Shown piece by piece: positions 9,901 to 19,238 of a stretch of 28,640 nucleotides of DNA (position 1 is its first letter; each line of letters starts with the position of its first letter). Below the pieces are notes generated by a model. The model did no database searches and had not been told where the DNA came from. It was given only the letters and a program-made list of their open reading frames with translations. The stretch lies in IMG/VR virus record IMGVR_UViG_3300005804_000003, positions 1 through 28,640 of that record; one strand, given 5' to 3'. The translations under genes and the position numbers were made by a program. The stretch comes from a virus (Duplodnaviria; Caudoviricetes).

Positions 9901-11232
9901 GGCGAAATATCATCGTATATCTCTGGAGTGGCTTCAAACCTTGACGGACTATTTAAGGTTTTGGATGAAAGTTCCAGCAAAACCGATAAAATAGCTGCCG
10001 GTATACAGGGAGTTGCAAGTATTATATCAATGATTGGCGGCCAGATTGCCGAAAATAAGAGGGCGCAAGACGCGTGGAATGCCTCCATTGCAGAAGCCGC
10101 TAAACAGGCAGCAATTGCAAGGATTGAGCTTGACGCTTATAAAGAGACAAATCTTTTTGGTGTTGAGAACCCATACTCACGTGCTATAGCCGGTGCTAAG
10201 CAATACGCAACGTCAATGATTGAATTATACGGCGCTGCAAAGAAACTTGAAGACGGTCAGGTACAAACGGGAACAAAAAAAGTGATCTCCGCCTCGAACG
10301 TGGGTACCGGTGTTGCCTCCGGAGCCGCAGCAGGTGCAGCAATTGGATCTTTGGTGCCGGTTATTGGTACCGCCATAGGAGCTGTAATTGGCTCCGTTAT
10401 AGGAGGTATTGCTGGCCTTATATCGACTAAAACAGTGCCGGTATTTGAAAGTCTGAAGAAGAAATACGGTGAAATATACGATCCGGAAACTTTTGAACTA
10501 AACCCGGCGATTCTTGCTGACTATGCAAAATTAGACGAGGCCACTAAAAAGCTTGTGGATAACTGGAAAGAGATTAAAAATAAAGCCTTAGAAGCACAAA
10601 ATCAAATGAGGGAAAACTTCAAAGACTTAGCTGGAGATATGGGAACTCAGCTATCAGATGCTTTAGAAGCGGCTTTTCGGGAGGGAAGGATCTATAATGC
10701 AGTAGACGATTATAAAAAATATGTAACATCTCAGATTGGAGACATTATTGAGCAGTTAATCTTCTCCGCCCAATTTGGAAAGCTTTTCGATGAATTGGAA
10801 AATCGTTTTAATAGCTCATTTGGCGCCAATGGAGACATGAATATTGTTGACGATATGGAATGGTTTCTCAGTATCTACCAGTCCCAGATTGACGGTTATA
10901 ACGAGGCAATGAAGAAAGCGCAGGAGGCTGCAAAAGCGAGAGGTATCGATCTCTGGCAAGATGACTCGACACGGTCAGGGCTATCAAAAGGTATTGCGCA
11001 GGCCTCCCAGGAATCTGTTGATACCCTTGGAGGTACCGCAACTACAATAATGGGGCATACCTACTCAATAAGTGAAAATATAAAAATGATGCTAAGTATT
11101 AATAATGAAATACTTGAAAATGTAAAAGGGATTAAAAAGGACACCGCAAGGCTTCAAAACATTGAGAAAGGCATAGACTCAGTCAGGTCAGATATCAACG
11201 ACATAACGGTTAAAGGAATCAAGCTACAATGA
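6952..11232 (+). CDS. Tape measure protein
   Basis: 1426 aa helical/coiled-coil; N-terminal AATTRFNL..V..GAKQLLAYGF...LGDVAAG...RGIPI tape-measure domain; late glycine-zipper segment. Confidence 0.95.
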   Translation: MSKNDAGRIWYGLGLDNSSLESDARKASNIFRGISETVITEGKKIDNIFRNISVGVGGLFIANKAKEFIVDLAKVRGEFQEIEVSLETILNSKPKADKLMSQVVEYAATTRFNLTDVAQGAKQLLAYGFEAEKIIENFRMLGDVAAGLSIPIGDLVYLYGTLNTQGRAYTRDILQFTTRGIPIIEGLAKQLGVAEDRIQGMVESGQIGFPVVEKAFKAMTSEGGKFYDLTDKLSNLIPVQASNFADAWDKALNKMGKSTEGLISGSIKMATDLVNNYEEIGEVILELVAVYGTYKAALITINSIQKLNMMVLRQATLEKKLAAMATIELSNAEAIAASRSKLATIAFVNTGKALKSLSASVLKNPYAILTAAVVGLAYGWYKLITAETEAEKAQIRLEKATKDVDVSLTKELSKLALLERQLVQAKKGSDEWNSAKEAIVTGYGKYFSGLDSEITRVGNLSGAYSKLVEAMRQSIGQRSFMSFYTAEQENFDNTLGEALDKAYSTLLKKYGKDKGLSLYQQFYNSAVRGEKLDQGTWRELNAAAFTDWGFSNSPVGISVTSVANLISGISNARKAMDGALKDYQQKYNLTDRQITDAIGGTENGKEPPASIKVSELVDKIKSATAALDDLRKKSREGLISTSEVQKQEDALDDLKKQFKLMTGKEYDNKKLNAQLDAIDSLNEKIEAGNLALVQSSIDMMKDGKAKELAIIDQRKKEELAKITKDQNDLESLYRKTNKKITQEQLDEFEKRSKNVKKVAENDKREVEKKYTREIADVYRQLTTVFMTEEEKKRSETEKTYRDMLEWAKKMYQGGGINKFEFMKISGEIERAKNKALLADSLKEFGTYQTKKELIEKEYNDKIYSLRKNGYEAEAKNAESARELALFELRISQEEFYKVLFGDLQKYSVNEINLAISNARDLVDSYIKSAEASGRKLTPDEIKAVESLLESIKKVSKEPTERLRSLVSVLNELGRSGQMLGGLVGEISSYISGVASNLDGLFKVLDESSSKTDKIAAGIQGVASIISMIGGQIAENKRAQDAWNASIAEAAKQAAIARIELDAYKETNLFGVENPYSRAIAGAKQYATSMIELYGAAKKLEDGQVQTGTKKVISASNVGTGVASGAAAGAAIGSLVPVIGTAIGAVIGSVIGGIAGLISTKTVPVFESLKKKYGEIYDPETFELNPAILADYAKLDEATKKLVDNWKEIKNKALEAQNQMRENFKDLAGDMGTQLSDALEAAFREGRIYNAVDDYKKYVTSQIGDIIEQLIFSAQFGKLFDELENRFNSSFGANGDMNIVDDMEWFLSIYQSQIDGYNEAMKKAQEAAKARGIDLWQDDSTRSGLSKGIAQASQESVDTLGGTATTIMGHTYSISENIKMMLSINNEILENVKGIKKDTARLQNIEKGIDSVRSDINDITVKGIKLQ

Positions 11233-12122
11233 CAGGGAGGTTTTACATAGACGAGGTTGATGCATTAGCGGCTTTTGGGGTGAGAGCAACATCCTACGAG
11301 GGGCTTGTCAGGTTTGCTCCTTTGAAGCCCGTTGATGTCAATGACTGGCCGGATGAGAATGGTATCGACCCGGATCTGTCCAGCCCGGCACTCGACAGTA
11401 AAGAGTTTACTATCGACTTTTCATGTTCAGGTGATATATCAGCTTTTATGAACGTTCTCAGATCGGAAGCGTATCACGCGTTTGAGTTTCCGGATCTGGG
11501 TATCACACGGGTTTTAAGACTTGTTTCACAACCCGAGTATAATAACATCAGGGATCTGCATGTGTTTTCCCTCTCCTTTGTTGATGATTTTCCTTTGAAT
11601 GAATATTCGTACTTAACACCCGACCTTAACGTAACAACTGACGGCTTCTCCATTGACACTATTGATTTATCTACCTACGGGATGAGGATTGAGTACGGGG
11701 TATATAAAGAACTCAATAAAACGCCTGAAATCAAGCAAAACCTCACTGTTGGTAATGCACACGTTTACGGTACCGTTTACGACGGGGAGAATGTTTACTA
11801 TAAATCAAAGAACATTGCATTGAGACTGCTTTACTCCGGGGCAAAATCTAAGTTTTGGAGAAACTACAACGCTCTGCTTTATAACCTGACTCGCCCCGGG
11901 GAGAGGGTACTCAGATACGGCACTTCCGGGCTTAACTATTTTTATTATCTGAGTAGCGAGGTGAATAAAATTGCCCTGCTGCAGGGTGACAGGGTATGGT
12001 GCCAGTTCCAGTTGAACCTTTGCCTAACCATGGCGGATCCTAAGCTCATATTGCTCCTCACCTCAGAGACCGGGGAAGTTATTGTAACAGAAGATAATGA
12101 ATTTTTAATTGTATTGGCATAA
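11229..12122 (+). CDS. Distal tail (Dit-like) protein with two similar halves
   Basis: Immediately after TMP with ATGA overlap; NDWPDENGIDPDLS.P.LD motif. Confidence 0.7.
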   Translation: MTGRFYIDEVDALAAFGVRATSYEGLVRFAPLKPVDVNDWPDENGIDPDLSSPALDSKEFTIDFSCSGDISAFMNVLRSEAYHAFEFPDLGITRVLRLVSQPEYNNIRDLHVFSLSFVDDFPLNEYSYLTPDLNVTTDGFSIDTIDLSTYGMRIEYGVYKELNKTPEIKQNLTVGNAHVYGTVYDGENVYYKSKNIALRLLYSGAKSKFWRNYNALLYNLTRPGERVLRYGTSGLNYFYYLSSEVNKIALLQGDRVWCQFQLNLCLTMADPKLILLLTSETGEVIVTEDNEFLIVLA

Positions 12123-12409
12123 TGGCAAAGATTAATGAATTAACTCCAATTTTCTGTGTACACATTCCAGAAATTAAGGAAGAGGGGAAACTTTATATAT
12201 CAGAAGAGTTTGAAATAGCGATTCATTTATGTGCTTGCGGGTGTGGAAGACAGACTATTACTCCTTTATCTATTTCACGTAATAAAGGGTGGACTATTCA
12301 AAACAATAATGGCCTAATAACCCTCAGGCCCTCAATTGGAAATTTTAAAAGAGAAAACCCTTATCATGCTCATTATTATATTACAAACAATAAAATAGAA
12401 TGGTTATGA
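12122..12409 (+). CDS. DUF6527-like Cys/His metal-binding protein
   Basis: GKLYIS.EF..AIHLCACGCG...TPL...W......TLRPSIGN......HYYI.NNKIEW matches the recalled family pattern. Confidence 0.75.
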   Translation: MAKINELTPIFCVHIPEIKEEGKLYISEEFEIAIHLCACGCGRQTITPLSISRNKGWTIQNNNGLITLRPSIGNFKRENPYHAHYYITNNKIEWL

Positions 12410-12612
12410 GCAAGATTAAACAAAAACAGACTAAACTAATGATAGGATTTAAGGACGCTAAGTATATGGGCATTCCCTGTTGGTTCAACCCCGAAACAAA
12501 TGAGCTTATTGGTAAAAATTGGCTATATGATAAACTTTTACAGCTAGCTATTTGGGTGGATATTAATATTATAATGGTTGAAAGTTTTCCTATAAAAGTA
12601 AAAAACGACTGA
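12406..12612 (+). CDS. Small hypothetical protein
   Basis: ATGA-coupled to the previous gene; stop 1 nt before the next ATG. Confidence 0.6.
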   Translation: MSKIKQKQTKLMIGFKDAKYMGIPCWFNPETNELIGKNWLYDKLLQLAIWVDINIIMVESFPIKVKND

Positions 12613-12613
12613 T

Positions 12614-13534
12614 ATGGCAGAAGAATACATAAAAGTAAAAATATCCGATTTAGATGCGGCGCCTTCAATTGAGGGGCTTGTAACTTACGGAGTGATAGGC
12701 GGCACCCCTTACAAGGTAACTATTACTCAGCTAAAAGGAAATACCGGTGCAACCGGTCCTCAGGGTGCTACCGGTGCAACAGGCCCACAGGGACCAGCGG
12801 GGCCGCAAGGTGCAACTGGCCCACAAGGACCAGCGGGGGCAGACGGAGCCGATGGCGAAGACGGAAAAGGGCTTGTAATTCTCGGTTATTATGCCACTCT
12901 TGGGGCTTTAGAAACAGCAGTACCGAACCCTACCGCAGGGGATGCTTACGGAATAGGTAGTTCAGCACCTTATGATATTTATGTTTATGACGGAGTTGGA
13001 CAAGATTGGGTAAATAACGGCGCAATACAAGGTCCTGCGGGGGCTACTGGCCCTCAGGGAGCGACTGGAGCGACTGGGGCAACCGGCGCGCAGGGTCCTG
13101 CCGGTGCGAATGGCGCGGATGGCGCAGACGGAAAAAGCGCTTATGAATTTGCTCAAGATAGTAACTACCCCGGTACTGAAACAGAATTTGGCGAAAGCCT
13201 TGCGCTTGTTGACTATCTTAAATTCTTGTCAGGCAAAAACTCTGTTACCTCTCTTGCCTTGCTTCCTGTTACAAAACGCTCTGCTTATTGCACCCTTTCA
13301 AGCGCTTCAACTCTATCCTTAGACGGTTCATTAGCTGAAGGTCGCGAGATACATATCAGAGTGGTTAATTCAACTGCTTCGGCAATAACAATCACTCTAC
13401 CAACAACTGGCGACTTCATAAGTAAGAAAAACGACGGAACAAATATCAGTTCTGTAACTCTCCCTGCTTCGGGGTCGCTTGAAATAAATATCTGGTCAGT
13501 AAACAGTAAATATTACATAAGAACAAATGCTTAG
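12614..13534 (+). CDS. Collagen-like tail fibre protein
   Basis: Gly-X-Y runs of 15 triplets (12737-12871) and 12 triplets (13031-13138), GKSAYE cap, C-terminal beta domain. Confidence 0.85.
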   Translation: MAEEYIKVKISDLDAAPSIEGLVTYGVIGGTPYKVTITQLKGNTGATGPQGATGATGPQGPAGPQGATGPQGPAGADGADGEDGKGLVILGYYATLGALETAVPNPTAGDAYGIGSSAPYDIYVYDGVGQDWVNNGAIQGPAGATGPQGATGATGATGAQGPAGANGADGADGKSAYEFAQDSNYPGTETEFGESLALVDYLKFLSGKNSVTSLALLPVTKRSAYCTLSSASTLSLDGSLAEGREIHIRVVNSTASAITITLPTTGDFISKKNDGTNISSVTLPASGSLEINIWSVNSKYYIRTNA

Positions 13535-14150
13535 ACTTAGAACATTCGGATTGAAAAGTATTGAGATACCTTTTTCTGAGGCATCCGCAGGAGACATTCT
13601 TTGTTCAGATAACAAGATTGTCGCCTCTGCTGACTATTCAGGAAGTGGTAAAACCGCTATCGGTATAGTTATCAATAAGGCATCCGGAGTTCTCAGGATT
13701 ATGGCACTTACAACCGTTACGCAGAAGTGGGGTGGGTACGGAAGTAACATCTCTCTTGATGATATCACCACCGAAAACGGGGCTATTGCTGACACAAACG
13801 GTGAGGGCCATACTCAAACCATGATAACCGACATTGGTAACATCCCCGATGATACTATTGCTTTCAACGCTTATGTGTACTCGGTTACGGGTGCAACTTC
13901 GGGCTGGTACATGGGTTCGATCGGTGAGATTTATATGATTGGGCAAAACCTTTCGGCCATTAACACAGCCCGTCAGGCAATCGGACTATCCGCTATCGGT
14001 AATTACGTTGTGATTCTCGCTTCATCTGAATATGATGCTGAACTGTGCTGGTACGGTTATACAGGCACAGGAACCTTCACTCTAAATGGAGACCTCGCTA
14101 AGGGTCTGAATATGTACTCAACTTATCCACTTTTAAAGAAAACTTATTGA
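13527..14150 (+). CDS. Putative receptor-binding protein, C-type-lectin-like (DUF1566/Lcl-like) fold
   Basis: AIGIV...KWG...D.NG..HT...GWYMGSIGEI...IN...SSEY....W resembles the WYLPSxxEL...WSSSE...AW pattern. Confidence 0.55.
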   Translation: MLRLRTFGLKSIEIPFSEASAGDILCSDNKIVASADYSGSGKTAIGIVINKASGVLRIMALTTVTQKWGGYGSNISLDDITTENGAIADTNGEGHTQTMITDIGNIPDDTIAFNAYVYSVTGATSGWYMGSIGEIYMIGQNLSAINTARQAIGLSAIGNYVVILASSEYDAELCWYGYTGTGTFTLNGDLAKGLNMYSTYPLLKKTY

Positions 14151-14151
14151 T

Positions 14152-17100
14152 ATGAAATTTTATAACAGCATAGGAGTTGAGATTTTAGATTGTTTGGTGA
14201 GCGACAGTTCGTATCGTTATCGCAAGATACTGAGCGATAATTCGCTTACAATCGACCTTGAAGTACCGGAGCATTTCTCGCCACAGATCGGTATGTACTG
14301 CGAATTTCAGGGGAGCAATTACTACTTGCTGGATAATAAGTCAATAACAAAGAACGGCAATAGAAACTTTGCCTACACTCTCGTTTTGAGAGGTGTTGAG
14401 TTTACCGCAAACAAGTACAAGCTAAAAGCGGTTGATGGTAGGGTTAAGTTCCCGATGACGGCTAAGCTTTCGGACTTTGCCGACCTGATTGTTTATAATC
14501 TTAACCTCCGGGATAGCGGCTGGTCTGTGGGTAATGTTGCCGAGACATCGGAAAAGACTATTGCCTTTAATCTGATCTATATTTTAGACGCAGTTAAATT
14601 GATTTCCGACACGTTTAAGACCGAGTTTGAGTTCGTGGGTAAAACGCTCAATTTCGGCCGGGTTGAGTACTATAAATCCGATCCTCTTAATATGTCGATC
14701 CGGGATGGTTTTAAGGTTGGTATTAAGATGGAAACCGACCAGCGCCCGGTAGAGATACTTTACATTCAGGGTACCGAGAGAAATATCGACTTTTCGACTT
14801 ACGGATCCAAGGAGCTGCTCCTGCCGCGCTCGCAGATCCTCACCTATGAAGGAAGGCAATACATAAGTTCTGCAGATGGCAGAAGCATTCGGCGCTTTAA
14901 CAAGGCAATCGTTACCGGGCAGGAAGACTCAATCGATTTATCAGAGATTTACCCGGCACGCGAGGGAACAATTAACACGGTGATTGCTGTTGATGCGGAG
15001 ACGCATAAATATGACTTTACGGATTTCTCTATACCGGAGGATCTCAACTATAATAATTACATGATTGCCGGCGAAACTATGACAGTTGTTTTTCAAACTG
15101 GCATGCTGGCCGGCCGTGAGTTTGAGATAAGCAAATACACACATTCGGAAAGAAGATTTGAGATAGTACCGGCTACCCTTGACGGTATAGATATGCCGGG
15201 AGGTTATTACCTTCCTGCAGCAGCTGATAAATACAAAATTTTCGGGGTTCAGTTACCTACCGCCTATATATGCAATAACTCAACACAAACGGGTGCAAGC
15301 TGGGATGTGTTCCGGGAAGCCGCCAAGTACTTCTACGAACATGAAGACGACATCTTCACCCTTGTGTGTCCCGTGGACTCAAAATGGACTACAGAGAAAT
15401 GGTTAGAGGTAGGAGGTAAGATTAAACCCGGAGCATATATACACCTCTTTGATACTGACCTTGCAGGGCCAACCGGCTTAGATATCCGTATCATCGGGAT
15501 GAAGGATAATGTCAATAACCCTAAGAAGATTGAGCTTGACCTCTCAAATGGTATAATCGGGATAAGCACGGGGGATCGGATTAAACAGCCTGATCCTATA
15601 CCGGTAACTATTGATGATAAAACCAAAGAGGGCAAGAGGTTCACCCAAAGACGGTTTTCGGATGCTCAAAGAACTATTGCGCTATTACAGGAGGCTATTG
15701 ACGGGTTCTCAGATCCTATCAATCCGATCTCTATAATGACCATGGCTATCTTAGTAGGTTCGGAGAGCTTACAATTCCGTTTTGTAACCAGTAAAACCGC
15801 TCCGGTAGTCGAGTCGCACACTTTCACGTATAACTCTTTAACCAAGTCTTTAGCTACTGCTTCGGGGATTATTCAGCACATGAGTTTGGGAATTAATACT
15901 ATTAAGAAAACCCACTCCGCAAGTGAGTATATGTTTTGGGATGTGGCCGCTTATGAGTCCCCTGCTTTAACTGAATCGGCAAAGGCTTATTACTTCTATG
16001 CACGATGTAACAAAGCCAACACAAACGCCGTTTTTCTGCTTTCTGAAACCCCTCTGCCTTTTCAGACAGATGTAGATTATTATTATTTGTTGGTTGGAAC
16101 TTTAGGCGAAGAAATCGACGGTGCAAGAAGTTTCGTGACCGTTTACGGGTTCACTGAGATACTTCCGGGAAGAATCACTACCGACAAAATCGTTTCACCA
16201 ACAGGGGAGACTTACATTGACCTGACTGCGGGTGACGGTAAGGGTGAGATTGGCGGAGTGTTTAAGTTTCTTGCAGGATCTTCAGGACTTTCAAATATTA
16301 CGGAATTCGGCCTGTTAGTTCAGGCAGTAGTAGACCTCTCTTTCCTTACCGACGCTATCGAGGGCTCAACGGAGATTGCAGGGGGGTTATTGCTGACTAA
16401 CTTACTAATGTTACGGGGCACTGATAACGTAGTAAGAGCGGGTATGTCGGGACTGGCCAATGACAATGTTTTCCTGTTTGCGGACAGTTCAAACGCCTAT
16501 CAAAAAGCCTTGCAGGGAATTGCTCAATTTATTCTCAAAAAAGACGGTACAGCCAAACTGGGCATTATGAAAATAGGGGCTGATACGGTAGGACTATTCT
16601 CTTCAGGAGTGGAAAAACAGCAATTCAGAACAGGGGATATACCCGCACTTACAGACCTTGTTTCTACGCTTGACACAACAATTAACTACACAGGCGGCTC
16701 AGATACCTACTCAGGACTGAAACAGGATGATTTCGGGATGAGTGATGCGCTTACGGTCAGCTCTATTGATTCATTCACTCTGACCGTTACGGGTAGTATT
16801 CTTGCCCGATGTGCTAACGACCAAGATACACCTATTCCTAACAGTTTTGTTCAGATTACCTTGAAACTCTACAAAGAAAGCGGGGGTAGCTATGTATTTG
16901 ACAGGGATATCGACACAGTAGCGGTTATGTCGGACAGTGTGGGTAATACACAGGAGAGTAAAACTCTTAATGCCGTTATCAATCTGCCCGCAGGAACTTA
17001 TAAGCTACAAGCGGAGTATATGATTAACACTGCCGAAACTGATGAAGGTTATGTTGAGGCAACTGGTATCTCAATGCGGGCAAGAGGGGCGGCGGCAAAT

Positions 17101-17541
17101 GAGTGTATGATATTCGGGGCAAATGGGTTTGTGAGAATTACCGACGGGACTAATTTCGACTACTTCGGGGATGACGCAGCAGTATTTTCGAGGGGAGAGG
17201 ATAAGTACGTTAAAGTCACTTCAACAGGCATCGAGGTTAAAGGCGCCTTTAATGCACCGGGTCTTTTAGCGGCGGGGAGTGTTTCGTCTGCGGGTGGGTT
17301 GAATAATTCATTCGGGAAAGTAACCGATTCAGAAAAAAGCAGTACTGGAATTTATGTAATTACCCACACGATAGGGCACTCTCTCTATGCGGTTAATCTG
17401 ACTTTATATAACTCAGGCGCTCAGGTTACGGCAGTCGTTACCTCAAAAAGTGATACAAGTTTTAGTGTAAGAATAGTAAATCCGTCAAACAATAGCTTAA
17501 CGGATTCAGCATTTGATTTTAGTTGTTATGGGACTAATTAA
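14152..17541 (+). CDS. Tail tip / hub and central fibre protein
   Basis: 1129 aa; N-terminal hub-like region, YGFTEILPGRITTDKI motif of Bacteroidota tail proteins, C-terminal STGIYVITH...F.V beta domain. Confidence 0.8.
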   Translation: MKFYNSIGVEILDCLVSDSSYRYRKILSDNSLTIDLEVPEHFSPQIGMYCEFQGSNYYLLDNKSITKNGNRNFAYTLVLRGVEFTANKYKLKAVDGRVKFPMTAKLSDFADLIVYNLNLRDSGWSVGNVAETSEKTIAFNLIYILDAVKLISDTFKTEFEFVGKTLNFGRVEYYKSDPLNMSIRDGFKVGIKMETDQRPVEILYIQGTERNIDFSTYGSKELLLPRSQILTYEGRQYISSADGRSIRRFNKAIVTGQEDSIDLSEIYPAREGTINTVIAVDAETHKYDFTDFSIPEDLNYNNYMIAGETMTVVFQTGMLAGREFEISKYTHSERRFEIVPATLDGIDMPGGYYLPAAADKYKIFGVQLPTAYICNNSTQTGASWDVFREAAKYFYEHEDDIFTLVCPVDSKWTTEKWLEVGGKIKPGAYIHLFDTDLAGPTGLDIRIIGMKDNVNNPKKIELDLSNGIIGISTGDRIKQPDPIPVTIDDKTKEGKRFTQRRFSDAQRTIALLQEAIDGFSDPINPISIMTMAILVGSESLQFRFVTSKTAPVVESHTFTYNSLTKSLATASGIIQHMSLGINTIKKTHSASEYMFWDVAAYESPALTESAKAYYFYARCNKANTNAVFLLSETPLPFQTDVDYYYLLVGTLGEEIDGARSFVTVYGFTEILPGRITTDKIVSPTGETYIDLTAGDGKGEIGGVFKFLAGSSGLSNITEFGLLVQAVVDLSFLTDAIEGSTEIAGGLLLTNLLMLRGTDNVVRAGMSGLANDNVFLFADSSNAYQKALQGIAQFILKKDGTAKLGIMKIGADTVGLFSSGVEKQQFRTGDIPALTDLVSTLDTTINYTGGSDTYSGLKQDDFGMSDALTVSSIDSFTLTVTGSILARCANDQDTPIPNSFVQITLKLYKESGGSYVFDRDIDTVAVMSDSVGNTQESKTLNAVINLPAGTYKLQAEYMINTAETDEGYVEATGISMRARGAAANECMIFGANGFVRITDGTNFDYFGDDAAVFSRGEDKYVKVTSTGIEVKGAFNAPGLLAAGSVSSAGGLNNSFGKVTDSEKSSTGIYVITHTIGHSLYAVNLTLYNSGAQVTAVVTSKSDTSFSVRIVNPSNNSLTDSAFDFSCYGTN

Positions 17542-17542
17542 A

Positions 17543-18106
17543 TTAATTCTGATTTTGAGCTTTCAATGCTCTCCATTCGGCACCTGTGATTTGCCTGAAT
17601 TTAAAAGCGCTATCGAAAAGAGCGTAAACGGTATTGTAGTCCCCGTTGTCATAAGCAGCTTTGATTTGAGAACGGGCAGCGACGATAACGGACTGCGGAA
17701 TATAAGCGATTGTATCATAAATAGGTGTCTGAGTAGGAGGTGCAAGGTTTCTTCTTATAACAAAATCTCTACCATTAATAAACTCAGTAACGTAATTTCC
17801 AAACTGGTCTATAATATCTGTTCCCCACATTTTCAATCTGACATTAACTGTGTCCCTGTGAGCATCAATAAACGCTCTTGTAATACTTGTTCCGGAAATA
17901 GTTTCATTATACCAGCTCAGATTCCTTGCCTGTTTGACAATCTCCTTATTGCTCAAATGCCAAACTGCTTTGGTTTGCAAAGAAACAGACAAATCAGGCC
18001 TGATACTAATAACTGCGTTGGGATCCAGCTGCCCCTTATCTTCTTTCTTACATCCCGCCAAAGCAGCTACCAAAAAAATCAAAATAATTATCCTTTTCAT
18101 AATCAT
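17543..18106 (-). CDS. Lipoprotein moron (antisense to the late operon)
   Basis: MKRIIILIFLVAALAG|C lipobox followed by KKEDK; own -7 box upstream. Confidence 0.85.
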   Translation of the reverse strand: MIMKRIIILIFLVAALAGCKKEDKGQLDPNAVISIRPDLSVSLQTKAVWHLSNKEIVKQARNLSWYNETISGTSITRAFIDAHRDTVNVRLKMWGTDIIDQFGNYVTEFINGRDFVIRRNLAPPTQTPIYDTIAYIPQSVIVAARSQIKAAYDNGDYNTVYALFDSAFKFRQITGAEWRALKAQNQN

Positions 18107-18122
18107 AAAATTAAAGTTGACA

Positions 18123-18130
18123 CAAATATA
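18123..18130 (-). promoter_or_regulatory. -7 promoter box for the lipoprotein gene
   Basis: CAAATATA on + reads TATATTTG (TAnnTTTG) on -, 16 nt upstream of the ORF. Confidence 0.6.
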
Positions 18131-18200
18131 ATATCGAAAGTTTCAAAATATCCGTCTGTGAATAAAATTATTGAAAAATTAACTTAAAAATGGTAGTAAA

Positions 18201-18803
18201 ATGGATCAGGTGACAGTAGCAAAAGGCATTTCAGAACTCGGGATGCTGGTAATGGCAGGAGCGTTTTTTCTTGTGCTTTCCGCAACAATGATGGGGATAG
18301 TGGTTAAGCTCTTTTCGAAGATGATTAACAACATGATGGTTGATAACAAGAACACACAGACGAAACTCATCGATGCGATAAGTGAGCAGAGCGCTCAATT
18401 CACAGACATAGCGGAAGGGTTACGGGAGGAGACTCTCGCCCGGATTAAGATACTTTCAGGGTCGTTGTTCGACTGCAACAAGGTGGAGATTGCAAGAATA
18501 ATCAGCACTATAAGGCATGAGAACCATATTCAGAATAAAAAAGCCACCATGCTGAAGATAAAGAAGCTTATAACTAACATACACGACAATCGTAACAGTA
18601 AGTTCGACAGCTTCGTGTTCCGTGGTAAGCGGCTTTCAGCCTATTCAAAACCGGAATGGGTTGACCAGCTAATAGAAGTGGTGGAGAAAGAGATTTACTC
18701 CGATTCGGCCAATAACGGCCGTGCCGATACGAACATATCAAGTGCGATAGAGAATATCAAACTTGACTTTTACCATAATTTGATTAAAGGGATTGAGGTA
18801 TGA
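18201..18803 (+). CDS. Single-TM protein, putative holin/lysis accessory
   Basis: N-terminal hydrophobic helix plus soluble helical domain; ATGA-coupled to the endolysin. Confidence 0.55.
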   Translation: MDQVTVAKGISELGMLVMAGAFFLVLSATMMGIVVKLFSKMINNMMVDNKNTQTKLIDAISEQSAQFTDIAEGLREETLARIKILSGSLFDCNKVEIARIISTIRHENHIQNKKATMLKIKKLITNIHDNRNSKFDSFVFRGKRLSAYSKPEWVDQLIEVVEKEIYSDSANNGRADTNISSAIENIKLDFYHNLIKGIEV

Positions 18804-19234
18804 AAACAAGTGATAAAGGCGTAGAATTAATAAAAAATCACGAGGGGCTTGTATTAAAAGCTTATCTGTGCCCCGCAGGCGTATGGACTATCGGGTACGG
18901 CCACACTGCAGGCGTTAAGTCGTGGGATAGCATCTCCCCGGAGCAGGCGGAGGAATTCCTTAAGCAGGATCTTAAAAGCTCCGAAATGTCCGTTATGCGC
19001 CTTGTTCAGAAACCGCTCAACCAAAATCAATTCGACGCACTTGTATCATTCGTTTTCAATGTTGGTGCGGGTAATTTTCAGTCCTCTACCTTGTTAAAAA
19101 GGGTGAATGCCAATCCGAATAATCCTGACATAAGGGGAGAGTTCGGCAGATGGATTCATGGGGGCGGTAAGGTACTACCGGGACTGATTAAGCGCAGAAA
19201 AGAGGAAGCAGATTTATTTTTTTCAAACATTTAA
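18800..19234 (+). CDS. Endolysin, GH24 phage lysozyme
   Basis: EG....Y.CPAGVWTIGYGHT, QNQFDALVSFVFNVG, GL.KRR..E. Confidence 0.95.
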   Translation: MKTSDKGVELIKNHEGLVLKAYLCPAGVWTIGYGHTAGVKSWDSISPEQAEEFLKQDLKSSEMSVMRLVQKPLNQNQFDALVSFVFNVGAGNFQSSTLLKRVNANPNNPDIRGEFGRWIHGGGKVLPGLIKRRKEEADLFFSNI

Positions 19235-19238
19235 GGTT

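Noticed and set aside
10300-10425. Glycine-zipper segment suggesting a bacteriocin
   Set aside because: In frame within the tape measure protein, where such membrane-interacting segments are common.
12737-13138. GC-rich short repeats as possible CRISPR or VNTR
   Set aside because: They encode Gly-X-Y triplets with synonymous variation; no repeat-spacer structure.
17513-18187. 224-aa plus-strand ORF
   Set aside because: Shadow of the minus-strand lipoprotein, which has a lipobox and promoter box; TTG start and Cys/Ser-rich, unprotein-like composition.
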